A stretch of DNA of 64,000 nucleotides from Octopus vulgaris (Eukaryota): NCBI GenBank assembly GCA_951406725.2, contig OX597831.1, positions 58,032,001 to 58,096,000 of the forward strand. Direction: 5' to 3'. This document shows, piece by piece, positions 26,730 through 40,546 of the stretch (positions are counted from its first letter, which is position 1; every line of letters starts with the position of its first letter). The notes below the pieces were generated by a model. That model was not told the DNA's origin. It ran no database searches and saw only the letters and a list, made by a program, of their open reading frames with translations. Position numbers and translations under genes: made by a program.

Positions 26730-27446
26730 GAAGTTCCCTTCTCGGTTGTGGTTGAGCTCTTTCCCTTTTACTAAGCCACTGTTTATAACATTTAACATTT
26801 CAATAGAAAATCCATTTTTCGTCACCAGTCACAAATCTATCCAAAAAGGGTGAAACGAGTTCGTGAGAATGGAGAGAAGAGCAGATGTCAACTCGGGATT
26901 TGCGGTTGCTTTCGGACAATTCATGAGGCACCCATTTTCCAAGTTGTTGAAGATGATGATGAACAGTTGTATGGTTTGAACTAAGCTTTATTGCCAATTC
27001 TTCAACTGATAATGCAGGATTTTCTTCAAGTAATGCCTCAAGGAGCTTATCATCAAACTCAACTGGATGTCCTGTTCGATCTTCAAGACTGAACTCTCCA
27101 CTTCTGAATTTTGCAAACCATCTTCTGCAAGTTCTTTCATTCAAGCATTTTTTCCCATAAACTGAGTGTATGTTTTGAGGCGCTTTGGCTGCAGAGTTTC
27201 CTTTTTTGTACTCCTAAAGTATTATGTACCTTAAATGCTCTTTGGATACTTCCATGTTAGAAAGGGCTTTAATCAAAGAAATTTTAATTCTATTATTCTG
27301 TAAAATAATATTTAATTAGTTTAAATGTACATAAATGCATAAAAATAATTTTTAATTCTATGTACAGTTGAGTTCTAAAACACTATTAAATTTCATTCAA
27401 TTTTAGAAAAGGTAAAATCGAACAGAACTTATGGGATGACCTGATA
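26730..27446 (-). mobile_element. mariner transposon relic (5' TIR plus truncated transposase)
   Basis: Translates RRWFAKFRSGEFSLED...GKWVPHELSE...VTGDEKWIFY (mariner WVPHEL and TGDEKW motifs) with stops. TIR-like TA-tcaggtcatcccataagtt at the right end. Confidence 0.88.
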
Positions 27447-27534
27447 TTTCACTATTTTACACACACACATGCCCGCACACACTAAATATGATACACCATA
27501 TTAATATCAATGTGATATCTCTTTATAATTTCAG

Positions 27535-27614
27535 CACGAAAGTGACGCTAATTTTTCAAACTTCTTCGCACTCAAAAATATCTCCTACTGTGGATATCAT
27601 CCAAGAAATGAAAA
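27535..27614 (+). CDS. MAPK8IP1: JIP1 homolog exon, PTB domain
   Basis: tttcag acceptor, AA|gtgagt donor, 80 nt, phase 0-2. Encodes HESDANFSNFFALKNISYCGYHPRNE (JIP1 FFxLKNISFCGYHP motif). Confidence 0.94.
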
Positions 27615-28689
27615 GTGAGTTGGTTCTTTCTCTCTTTCTATTTCTCTTTTTGTATGTCTATCCTCCTCCTCCTCCTCCTCAATATGAGAGCAAATTTTCC
27701 TCCAACTGGTAAAAACAAAAATAAGGAAATAAAGGGTAACATGTAGCAATGTATTTTGTGGATGACTTATAATAAAATAGTAATTACCTCAAATGAAGGT
27801 GTGTAGTCCGATGGTAAGGGTGTTGGACACACAATTGTAAATTCTGTGTTTGATTTCTGGATGAGGCATTGCTTTGTGTTTTGAGTAAAAGCACTTCATT
27901 TCATATTTCTCCTGTTCACTCTACTGAAAATCAGTACCAGGAATGTACTGGGGATGAGTGGGAAGTTATTCCTCTGACAGACTAGCATCCTCTCCAGTGG
28001 GTCTTGTACTCTCAGTTGCTTAACCCTTTACGATTTAAATTGGCCATTTCCAGCCAAAATATTCTACTTGTTTTACATTCAAGCCAGCCAGATCTGATCT
28101 CTCACACCTACCCCACAATGTCATTCTAAAAATATACAACCACATCATGGAAATCTCAGAGATACAAGATAATACATAATTAATTAAACATAATGTGAAT
28201 AAATAAGAATTACATTTGACAGAGTAACTGAATGCTAAAGAGTAACTGAATGTCTCAAGATATACCTTTAACTTATTATTTTATTCAAAATAAGACATCA
28301 ACTAGAGGGTGTGGGTTCAAATACTGACAAATACTCACATTTTTGTTCCCTTTCATATGCTCTTTATTTTGTTACTAGCTGCCCACTTACTGTCAATATT
28401 GACAGCTAATTGTAGTATTTTATATATGAATAAGGTACAAAATAATCACACATGCAAACATTCATATACTTCCGTTGTACACGCACACACATACACACAT
28501 ATACTCACACAGAGTTGAAACTATTTTTTTCACCCCTTCTTTCCTTATTCATCTATCACCCCTTCCTTTCTCTCATTGCTATTACTTTCTCTCACTCCCT
28601 CTCAGCCAGGGCTATTACTCTCACTACTTCTCCTACACTGAATTACTATTTTCTCTCCTTCTCAGCTACCAGCGTGATTCTGGACAAAT

Positions 28690-29310
28690 ATATATATATA
28701 TATATCACCTTGATCACCTTGACTGTCCAGTCCGTCGGGCGCCCATTTGACACCACTGGTCACAGCACACTGTCCACTCCTCCATAGATCGTGCCTTTCT
28801 CAAGCATTGACCTTTCCATGGCTCTTTGAGCCGTTACCAGTCTCTGCTCTTCTCTCTTTGTGGTAGCCCATGTTTTACTACCATATAACATTGCAGGTAG
28901 AACTGTACTGTTGATGAGGTTGGCGTGGGTGGTCCTGTCCAACCTTCCCTTGAGCACATCCCTTATGCCATTAAATGTCTTCCATCCGGCCTTTACTCTC
29001 CGTGAGATCTCCTTTTCGATATCTTGGTACATATTCACTGTCCCAGGTAGACATATTCCTTTACCTTCTCTATTTCATCACTGCCTATCACCATTCGACC
29101 TGTTGGTATGTTGTCTGACCGCATGAACTTCGTTTTCATGCGGTTCATCTTGAGACCTACTGCAGAGCTTTTGATGTCGAGCTCTGTCAGCATGGTCTGA
29201 AGCTGATCCATGGTTTCAGCGATGAGTACGATGTCGTCAGCGAAACAGAAGTGGGTGAGGAGCTCGTCATTGATGTTGACGCTGTCTTGTCAGTCGATGC
29301 CTCTGATGAT
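28690..29310 (-). mobile_element. RTE-1-like LINE reverse transcriptase fragment
   Basis: Translates THFCFADDIVLIAE...GLKMNRMKTKFM and EISRRVKAGWKTF...LPAMLYGSKTW...AQRAMERSML, with frameshifts. Confidence 0.85.
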
Positions 29311-29495
29311 CTAAACACTATACTCATTATTATATTAGGAGATTCTCCCTATATCATCTATGTATATTCTTTTCTTTAAGAAAAGATTTATTTGTAGATG
29401 ATATACGTGCTTTGTTTAAATGCAAGCCTGTATTTGTCATTCAACCCTAGATTAACCATTTTGATAAATATATTTCCTGATTTGTGTTGTTTCAG

Positions 29496-29594
29496 TTATT
29501 TTGCCTTCATAACGAAGCATCCAAGAGAATATAGGTTTGCCTGTCATGTTTTTCTTGGAGACCATTCCACTCGTAGTATATCAGAAGCTTTAGG
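29496..29594 (+). CDS. MAPK8IP1: JIP1 homolog exon, PTB domain
   Basis: tttcag acceptor, GG|gtaagt donor, 99 nt, phase 2-2. Encodes YFAFITKHPREYRFACHVFLGDHSTRSISEALG (JIP1 YFGFITKHP...RFACHVF). Confidence 0.95.
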
Positions 29595-30479
29595 GTAAGT
29601 GTTTATTATTTCTCTTTGCTAGTTTACACATGAGTATGTATATAAGTATATATGTTAGCATATATATAAATATATATGCTAGCATGTATATAAAAATGTT
29701 AAGGTGTATATATATAAGCATGTATGTATGTGAGCATGTATATGAATATATGTGTATATCTGTTAGAATGTTAGCGTGAGTGTATGCATATGTTGGTGTG
29801 AGTGTATATATATGTGAATATGTATATAAATATAAGATAAAACTTACTTGGAAGTGGATGAGTGGCGTTCGATCATATAATAACAAAATAATAAATAAAA
29901 CATATACATATATACATATATTTATGTACGTACCTACATCTATATGTATATATACATGCATATATGGGTACAGGACACCAAAAAAACGTTGAACACATAG
30001 ACAAAGCATGGGCGGCTGAAGAAGGAGAATTTTCCTTGTGTTCTTTGTCTTGTACTCTGTTTGGAGCCTGGTGCAACTCTCTGGTTTACCAATTCCAGTC
30101 AAACTGTCTAACCCATGCTAGCATAGAAAACAGACGTTAATGATAGTAATTTCTGAAGGTGACTTGTAATCCAAACACAAGAAACGCTAAAAAAGTACAT
30201 ACGGCACTCAAAGCCTTCAACTTTTTGTGATTTTATTTCTTAAGAAAACCAGTGTGTGTATATTTCAATTAACTTTTAATATTAGCAATTTAGAGAAATT
30301 TAGTAAAATGACATACTTATTAATTATAAGGTTGGTAAACTGGTGTTTGGAACTTAACTGAACAAAAGGTCCTTGCATAAATGTATGATGTTAGGTTTTG
30401 GTTTGAATATCAACTCTCTTGTGCCAGAGATCTACAAGGAGATCTGGTGTTCGAACAGTTAAAAATCTTATAATAATGA

Positions 30480-30855
30480 AATTATTGTATACAGTGCTCA
30501 GGTGCACCACAACTTGTCAAATGTGTGTATAAAGTATATGCAGTAATGTACAAATGTCTGCAAGCGAACAGTGTATGAGTCAGATACATGCTTGCGTGTG
30601 TATGGAGGGGAGAAAAATCAGGTGTAGTGTTGGCAAATCTCAGGAAGTATTGTAGTTTTGAAGGATGCAGTACTCCGACAACTAACAACTGATACCGGCA
30701 GTTTGTTCCATGCTTCAGCGACTCTTAGCGTGAAAAAATGTTTCCGAAAGTCATGGGAGCTGTGCTGTTTTCTGACTTTGTAAACATGTCCATTGGTGTT
30801 AGACTGGTGGAGTTTGAAAAGGTGATCAGAGTTATTGTTTGTAAGATGGTTAATT
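30480..30855 (-). mobile_element. CR1-type LINE 3' end
   Basis: Translates TNGHVYKVRKQHSSHDFRKHFFTLRVAEAWNKLP and matches 56570-56970. Confidence 0.85.
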
Positions 30856-31680
30856 ATACACAATAGAAAATTGTCAGGTGTTTCACTTTACAGTTGTGGA
30901 CTAAACAAGAATGGTAAGAGGCTGAGTTATGAAAGGTGTCATAAGTTCAATTTCTTTAGTGAAATGCAACGTCTCTAAGTCTGCGTTGTTGACAATAACT
31001 CAAGGGAGGTAATTATAAATAGTGATGCAAGCTGCAAAGAAATTGGGTACAGATTTGAATCCATGGTTAGGAAATTTGCTTTGAAATCCTGTGGTTCCAA
31101 ATTTTATTTTCACTACACGGAACCTTGGGTAAGTATCTTCTACCAAAACTCTGAGTGAAATTGGGTGGATATTCATCAAATAAACTTTATCTCTTCTTGG
31201 GTGATGGGCCTGATCTTGTCATGTAGCTTCAGATTTGCCAAAAAACCATCATCTCCACCACTGCCACCGCCACTGCCACTGCCACCACCACCACCGCCGC
31301 CGCCACCTCTACTGTCACCATCAAATCAAAAATAAAAGCGAAAAAAATCGAGAGAGAGAGAGAGAGAGAGAGAGAGTGAGAGCAAGAGAGAGAGAGAGAG
31401 TGAGAGCAAAAGAGAGAAAGAGTGAGAGCAAAAGAGAGAGAGAGTGAGAGCAAGAGTGAAGGCTGTACCAGCATGTGTCTGGTGCTCATGCCAGCAGAGT
31501 ATCATGGAATGTAGAGAAATAAAGTGCACAGTTCAAATATACCACACACCAACCGGTCCATGAATCGAACCCACGATCCTATGATCACAAGCCCTACAGT
31601 CTAACCACTAAGCCGTGTGCCTTCACACACAACTCATATTTATTTTATATTAAGTTGGACATTGGCTTTATAGTTTTGCA

Positions 31681-31855
<175 letters not shown>

Positions 31856-31953
31856 GCACGTTGGTTTCTATAACTGTAAGGAAAAAGGAGTAAATTTACA
31901 CTTGCAGCATTTAGAAGAGATGTGAAGAGGTAAATAATAAATGAGAGAGATGT

Positions 31954-32194
31954 CAAACTGCCGGCATCCGTTGTTAGTTGTCAGAGCACTGCATCATTCA
32001 AAACTTCCATGCTTCCTGAGATTTGCCAACACTACACCTGATTTTCTCCCCTCCATACACATGCAAGCATGTATCTGACTCATACACTGTTCACTTTCCA
32101 GACATTTGTACATTACTGCATATACTTTATACGCACTTTTGACAAGTTGTGGTGCATCTGAGCACTGTATACAATAATTTCATTATTATTATTA
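31954..32194 (+). mobile_element. CR1-type LINE 3' end
   Basis: Same family as 30480-30855 but in opposite orientation, with an (ATT)n tail. Confidence 0.85.
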
Positions 32195-32316
32195 TCTATA
32201 AAACATGAAGTGGTTGAATGAGCCAAAAAACCCCTCCAAAAACAGAAGGTGAGAAGTGGAAGATACCAAATTTAAAACATGAAATAGAAACTAAGTCGGT
32301 GTATATTTCTGTGACT

Positions 32317-32352
<36 letters not shown>

Positions 32353-32759
32353 ATTCATGGGTGATAAAAATGTATACATGTGCCTCTGGTGTTATAAGCC
32401 ATTGTGTTGTATAAATCAGTCATAAGTATTGTAATCCATACTGGTTTATCATTAATTAACCAATGCATATACACAGGTTCTACTTTATTCTTCTTCCCTG
32501 TTTCAATTCATATTTTTTCCCTTATGTGTGTTGCGATTGTTAGAGTTATATCAGTCAATGGAAAGCACAAAGCATAGACTTGGTTTTTACAAACAGACAC
32601 AAACCAATGGTCATGAACATATAAATATAAAACAAACAACTACACACACACACATGCACACACACACACACATGCACACACACACAAAGATATATACATA
32701 CATATATATATATATAAAGATACATATATACATACATTTATATAAATATATATATATAC

Positions 32760-32790
<31 letters not shown>

Positions 32791-32850
32791 AAGACATATA
32801 CATACACACATGCATACATACATACATACATACATACATACATACATACA

Positions 32851-32945
<95 letters not shown>

Positions 32946-33069
32946 GAAATATATATATATATATATATATATATTTATTTTATAGAAGGAGCTTTCTAAA
33001 ATAAATTAAGTTACTCTGCTATGTATTGAGTACCTTATTTACTGTGGTTAACCCCAACTCAACCCGGGA

Positions 33070-33118
<49 letters not shown>

Positions 33119-33229
33119 ATTTAGGAATGGTCATTTTGCCAGTTTATCCAATAAAAACACACGCACTATATATTTGGTGTTACTTTGCTTCTGCGTTATT
33201 TACTTTTTACATAAATCTTAATCTTATTT

Positions 33230-33276
33230 TGGCCAGAGTTCTTTCGGCACACTTCTGTGACCTCATCAGTGGTCCT
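33230..33276 (-). ncRNA. putative type I minimal hammerhead ribozyme
   Basis: Minus strand GGACCA-CUGAUGA-GGUCAC(agaa)GUGUGCC-GAAA-GaaC-UC-UGGCC. Core is intact, with stem II, a 2-bp stem III and stem I CCA/UGG. Confidence 0.55.
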
Positions 33277-33602
33277 TTGCTTTCTTCTTTCTTATTTGTG
33301 CGTATCTCCTTACTAACGGTCCCTGTTCAATTCATGAATTGAACAGCGACTGCTACCATTCACTGGCCATTCAAAATACCACTATCATGGCACTCCCAAA
33401 TTCTTCTTCTTCTTCCCCTTCTTCTTTTTCTTCTTTTTCTTCCCTACAAAGAATTCACAAGGACATTGAACCCACAAGAGTAAATAAGAGAGACAGAGAC
33501 AGGCAAAAACAAGGAAAATGCCACTTGTATTTGAACACTATACAAATATTCTTTTAAAAAAACTTTTCTTTTAATTTGTCTAAATTTAATTATTTAATTG
33601 TT

Positions 33603-33639
33603 ACAGTTGAAAATGTCTCAATGACTGAAACCGGTACTG
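33603..33639 (+). ncRNA. degenerate Penelope-type hammerhead motif
   Basis: CAG-UUGAAAA-UGUC(ucaau)GACU-GAAACCGGUA-CUG. Palindromic ACCGGU and stem I CAG/CUG are present, but two core positions deviate. Confidence 0.35.
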
Positions 33640-33749
33640 AAATGTTTTTTATAAAATTATTTTAGCATTTGCTATCTTGACTTTTTTTTCCATATATTTA
33701 TATATATATATATATCGTATATTGACTTTATGTTTGTTTTATTTTGCAG

Positions 33750-33822
33750 ACTAGCCTTCAAAAGGTTTTCCAGAGAATACATGGCTTTCACCCATCCCAC
33801 CGAAGATATCTATCTTGAATGA
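33750..33822 (+). CDS. MAPK8IP1: JIP1 homolog terminal coding exon with kinesin light chain-binding tail
   Basis: ttgcag acceptor, phase 2. Encodes LAFKRFSREYMAFTHPTEDIYLE followed by TGA at 33820-33822. PTEDIYLE-stop is the diagnostic JIP1 C-terminus. Confidence 0.95.
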
Positions 33823-34514
33823 CTAGCATTAACAATCCTGAATGACCAGAACATGCAGCAAGTGCAACAGGTGCAATCAATACAGCATGATGCAACCATT
33901 ATGTGCAGCTATCTAATATCATTGCTGTTGGCTTCACTGACTGCAAATCTCAATGTGATGTTACCTAACCCTATACCCACCATTGTTTCATTCGAAGAAC
34001 TGTAATGTTTCAGATGCGTGAATACATACATACATGCATGCATTCATGTGTTTACTTGTATATATATAAAATGTGTGTATTTATCTCTGCGTCAGTATGT
34101 GTCAGTGTGTGAATGTGTATAAACACACATATACATATATAAATATATTTATACACAAACGCACATACACATGCATATGTATGTATTGAAGTATGTGTGT
34201 GTGTAAATATATATATATATATACATGTATATATACATGTGTTTACATACATACATATGTGTATATATATACATATACATATATATAAATATATATATAG
34301 GTATATACAGACACACACACACACTCGTATGCAAATGTGTATGTACAAATATATGATCATACAGGTATATATAGGTGGTTGAATGTGTTTCCATGAGTGT
34401 GTACATGTGAGAAAGGAAAAGAGAAAGAGATACAACATATATACATCTATATTGCTATTTGTCAGTCCAGATATATATATATATATATATAAATATATAT
34501 ATATATACATACAT

Positions 34515-34551
<37 letters not shown>

Positions 34552-34618
34552 CACAAAATAGTAATAGGAAAATAGAGTGTTCAAACTGACATATAAGAGG
34601 AGCTTGCATCCTTGTATT

Positions 34619-34745
<127 letters not shown>

Positions 34746-34958
34746 ATATATGTGCACATATATATATTTATATATGTATATATACATAATTGTATGAATG
34801 TATAAGTACCTGGAGAATACATATATTTTCACACCTACATACTTATCTTCCTAATGGCCTACCTCCCTATCCATATACATACCCCCTTGTCTATGTTACC
34901 TACCCACCTATCTATGTATCTATTTTTCTGTCCATCTGTCCATTACATATGTACATAA

Positions 34959-35053
<95 letters not shown>

Positions 35054-36711
35054 GGTGTGTGTGTGTGTGTATATGTATATATGTATGCATGTATGTATGT
35101 ATGTATGTATGTATGTATGTATGTATATATTAATGTTTGTGTATATTTTAATCTATACACATACATATATATCAATATAAGCGTACATTATTTGTATATG
35201 TATATTTAAATGTATATGTGTATATGTGTATTTTTGTATGACTGCATATGTGTCTTTTTATATATAAATGCTCACCTATATGTATAGGCTGAATATTGTT
35301 ATGCATTTATATATATCTGTTTAAAAATGCCTGTATACATATGGATATATATATATATATATATATACATGTGTATAAATATTTTTCCCAATGAAATTCA
35401 TATATTTCTCCATGCCCTATAATGGACATCCGACCTTTCCACTGCTAATATTTGCCATGAACCTTTTGTTAGTATTTACCATAGACCTATGGTAGCATTT
35501 ACTACAGTTTAAAATAACAATTATCTGAGACTGAAGGTTATGTTTATTACAGACCTTATATAGCATTCATCACATTCTGGGGGCAAAAATATACTATGAG
35601 TATCAGGTGATATTAATATGTACCTACTGCTAAGATAAGGCCCACCAAACTGAGGGTAGAAGAAAATCTAGAGTAAAAGTTCTAGTTTATGGTAATGTCT
35701 ATAAGAACTTTAAGTGGACATTTATCAGTTGGACAATATACAGAATAGATCTAGGGCAACATTTATCAAATTTCTGGAGTCAGAGTTACCATATCTTAGA
35801 ATTGAGGTTAATATTTATCACAACACAGAGATAACCTTTTCACAGTTTGTCGGCAATATTCACTTTACAGTGTAATGTATGTTCAAGCCCCAGGTTAACC
35901 ATAGCGCAAGAGTAACATGTACTACAATATGGAGTAACATTTATCACAGTTCTGATAATAGCATTTAACTCATAATGTAACATTTCTACTGACCCTAGGT
36001 TAACCCCAACTGTAGGATAACATTGATCACAAATTGGATGACATCACAGTATGATGATAATATTTACCTCACAGTGTAATATTTTCCCACACTTTAGGTT
36101 AACTACTGTTGTGGGAAAACATTCACTGTACCCCAAGAGTAGCTTTTACCAGGAGATAAACATTTGCCAGAATTTGATGCAAACATTTACCTCACATGAA
36201 AGGTGAAATTTGCTCCTTACTTAAGGTGAAATTTGCCACAATCTGAGGTAACACCCATTAATAATCCATATTAAAAATCTGACTTTCAACACACCCATTC
36301 AGGCACTACACTCAACCTATTGAACACTCAGACATCATACTCAGTTCATCTAATGCTCAGATACACTGCTCAGCTCATTTAACAATCAAAAAACTATAAT
36401 CAAAATTAATTCATATCATACTAAGAACAAAACTCATTTCGTCCACAATATTCAACACCCCCCTGCCACATACACAAAAGCACACACAAATACTTTAACA
36501 TTATATTCACTCAAACCACCCAACACTCAGACCTTATACTCATTTTGTTCCAATACCCACACACTTTCAACTAATTTCCTTCCTGTTGTGCTCAGGACAC
36601 TTCAATGAGTTACACTTGCCAACTCGAGAATCCCCTGATTTTTATTTTACTCAAGAGGAAGGTGATCATACAATTCCATATTTCCAGCTACTTCTGCTGC
36701 TGCTGCTGCTG

Positions 36712-36774
<63 letters not shown>

Positions 36775-36867
36775 TTACTACTACTACTAACAGCAACAAC
36801 AACATTAGTATCAGCAACGATATATGCATATATATATATAAAGTTGTTTTATAATTATAAACGTAAT

Positions 36868-37095
36868 TAACCCTTTCATTACCAACCCGGCTGAAACCGG
36901 CTCTGGCTCTGTTGTACAAATGTCTTGTTTTCATAAGGTTTTAATTAAAATCTCCCACCAAACCTTATTCACAATTTATGTTCTTAACACTAGCTGAATG
37001 ATAACTAAGTTATTTTACTAAATTCTTTGTTATATTTAAAGTAATTGAAAGAAACACAGAGTATCTCAAAATAAATACAGTAATGAAAGGGTTAA
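36868..37095. mobile_element. piggyBac-like MITE
   Basis: TTAA-ccctttcattac...gtaatgaaaggg-TTAA. An inverted relative lies at 55495-55721. Confidence 0.8.
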
Positions 37096-37198
37096 GGGAT
37101 TAGCAAAAAGTTGCTTCACCATATACTGAAAATTTAGTCAAAACTGCTAATTCTTCTACTACAATATATCTCCACAGACAGCTACTTGGTAAAATTAT

Positions 37199-37271
<73 letters not shown>

Positions 37272-37898
37272 CATATATATATATGTGTCTGTGTAATCGT
37301 CGCAGCATAAGCAGCAGTGACTACAACAGCAAGAACAAAGACAAAGAGAAAAGCAATTACAACCATGAAATGCAACAGTTGCAACAATAGCAGCAACAAC
37401 AACAACAACAGTAGTTATTACAATAACAACTATGATCCTATACATAACTTAACATGTATTTTTTTATTTTACCATAAATGCATATTTACAAAAGAAAACA
37501 TACTCACCCCTAACCGCCTCTGAGGAGAACTAAAAAAACTCCTAAGTTCAATCTGGGCCACAGGTAGTACTTATTGTATTGCGAATCAAGGTATTTTATT
37601 TTCTTCTTGCCTCAGTACATTTAGTCTAAAGCAGGTCTCACAAGCCTATCATCTTACTAAAATGGAGAAAGATTCCAGCTATTAAAAGTGTTAAAATGTA
37701 AATAAGAAAAAAATATGTTTGTTGTTTCAAGAAAGTGTAAATTTGTAAACCCATATAAATTTCGGTGGCATTGAAAAAAAAAACACAAAAAAGGGACAAA
37801 CAATAGATGCACTATGTTTGCACAGATGAAAATACTTTAGTATATATATATATATATATTGCATTGTATTATATTATGTATATATTAAACTGGGAAAA

Positions 37899-38115
37899 AG
37901 GCGGTGAGCTGGCAGAAACGTTAGCATGCCGGGCGAAATGCGTAGCCGTATTTTGTCTGTCGTTTCGTTCTGAGTTCAAATTCTGCTGTGGTCGACTTTG
38001 CCTTTCATCCTTTCGGGGTCGATAAATAAAGTACCAGTTTCACACAGGGGTCGATGTAATTGACTTAATCCCTTTGTCTGTCCTTGTTTGTCCCCTTGTG
38101 GGCAATAAAGAAATA
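37899..38115 (+). mobile_element. SINE family 'A' with TSD
   Basis: Flanked on both sides by tatatattaaactgggaa. Confidence 0.85.
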
Positions 38116-38495
38116 TATATATTAAACTGGGAATTACTTTCTCCATTCTTCGGGCCGCTCATCTCCTGTCAGATGAGTACCTTTCGGGATCATTTCGTAA
38201 GGAAGGGGTGTACTTTAGTAATCGTGTGAGAGTGTGTGTAGAGTGTCACAGCATCAAATTGACCAATACCAAGAACAAAAAAGCAAACAAATAAATAAAT
38301 ACATAGAAGCAGGATGAGTAAAGGGACACAATCCTGATTATAACATCCAAATGTGAAAAAAAAAATATATAAAGAGGAAAATATTTTGAAGTCTTACTTC
38401 ACGTTATCATATATAGTTGTTTCATAATATGTTCTTCTATTGGTTTGCCTGCTGTGGGAGGAGAATATAAAAGTCTGAAACACACATAAAGAAAT

Positions 38496-38797
38496 ATGGC
38501 CTAGTGGTTAGAGCAGAAGACTTCGCGGTTGAGGGATCGCGGGTTCGAATCTCAGACCGGGCGATGTATGTGTTTATGAGCCAAAACACCTAAGCTTCAC
38601 GTGGCTCCAGCAGAAGGTGATGGCGAACTTCTGCTGACTCTTCCACCACAACTTTCTCTCACTCTTTCCTCCTGCATCTTGCAGCTCACCTGCGACGGAC
38701 TGGCGTCCCATCCAGGTGGGGAACCTATATGCCAAGGAAACCGGGAAACTAGCCCTTATGAGCCAGGCATGGCTTGAGAAGGAACAAACAACAAACA
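38496..38797 (+). mobile_element. SINE with 'C'-like head and V-domain
   Basis: tggcctagtggttag A box, ggttcgaatc B box, cctgcgacggactggcgtcccatccag V-like domain, (AAC) tail. Confidence 0.75.
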
Positions 38798-39653
38798 AAA
38801 CATAGAGAAATAAAGTTCGCCCTCTTCATGCAGTGAGATAAGGGTAACTTATTAACCCTTTTGTTACCATATTTCTATTGAAACACACTGTCTTCATTTC
38901 AATTAAATTTTGAATATAATGAAGAATTTAGTAAAAATATCTTAGACATTTTTAAGCTGGTGTTTGGGATAGAAATTAATATGAAATTTTGACTGAAGTT
39001 TTTAATTTAAATCATTTTTTATAACGGAGTCTGTATCCCAGTTTTGGGCATGTTAGTATCAAAAAGGATTAATAATTAGATGTACTGAGCCAATTTGATT
39101 GAAATGCCTTGTTCAGAAACACATACACAGTGTTAGTGACAAACCTCATAAACTGTTGTGAGCCTTTGGTCCATTGAGTTACCGTTTGCTCTATGAACTT
39201 AGAGATCTATTTTTGTTCTTTTTCTTTTTTATGTTCTCTATTTGAAATTCCATAGAGTATCTTCTGCTGCAGGCCAAAATATACTTTCTGTGCCCATCAC
39301 CCCTGAAAATTTAAATCAGTACATCCAGTTTTCTTTTTTTTTTTTAACTGATTATTAATTAGTATAGACAACCATAAACTAATATTAATTAATATAGATT
39401 AATATAATTTGGTAGAATTTATTTATCTGATGATGACATCCTTGAAAAAAAAAAATTACATATAAAAGACATGCTAATGGAAATGCTTTATTTCCAAAGA
39501 CAAAAGAAAAATAAAAAAAAAGAGAAAGGAAATATGATAATTATAATCCAAACTAGAAACAAGGAAAGATGTCAGGTAATTATTAAAAAAAAAAAACCCC
39601 TCAAAAATACAAAAAAAAAACCAAAAAGAAAATGATGATGATGATGATGATGT

Positions 39654-39724
<71 letters not shown>

Positions 39725-40233
39725 ATGATATTGGTGATAATGATGATGTTTATGATGTCTGAAACTCTAGTTAGCTCCATCCTCTTCAACTGACATAATC
39801 AGTGGAGAAACAGAAAAAGAATATTTATTTTGGAGCTATATCGGAGGATTTCAGCATATTTTTGTTGTTTTGTTTTATTTAATTGGTTTTCGTTTTTCTT
39901 TGTTTGTGTTTTGGATAAATTGTCATTTTTTTTTAAAAAAAAAAAAAACATTGTTTTGTTTGTTTGATTTCTGTTTCATAATCTTTGTACTTTTTTTTTT
40001 CTCTTAATTTTTATGTCCTCTCATTAATATGCTGAGTTAATTATTTTAATTGTTAAAATTGATGATGATGATGATGATGATGACAATGATAATAATGATG
40101 ATGATGATGATGACCATGATGCTGTGATGTTATCTATTGCTTGTACTGAAAATATTGTTCTAAAAAATGTTAACCTTATATGTTACACAGATATACATAC
40201 TAAAATACATGCAAGGTACATAAATACACACAT

Positions 40234-40268
<35 letters not shown>

Positions 40269-40296
40269 ATGTGCACATTTTACACACACTCATGTA

Positions 40297-40328
<32 letters not shown>

Positions 40329-40454
40329 CATACATACATACACACATATATATAATTACATACATACAAAACGTATATACATGCATACATACCTGTACAT
40401 ACATACATACATATATTGTATATATGTATATATATATACATATATATATATACA

Positions 40455-40546
<92 letters not shown>

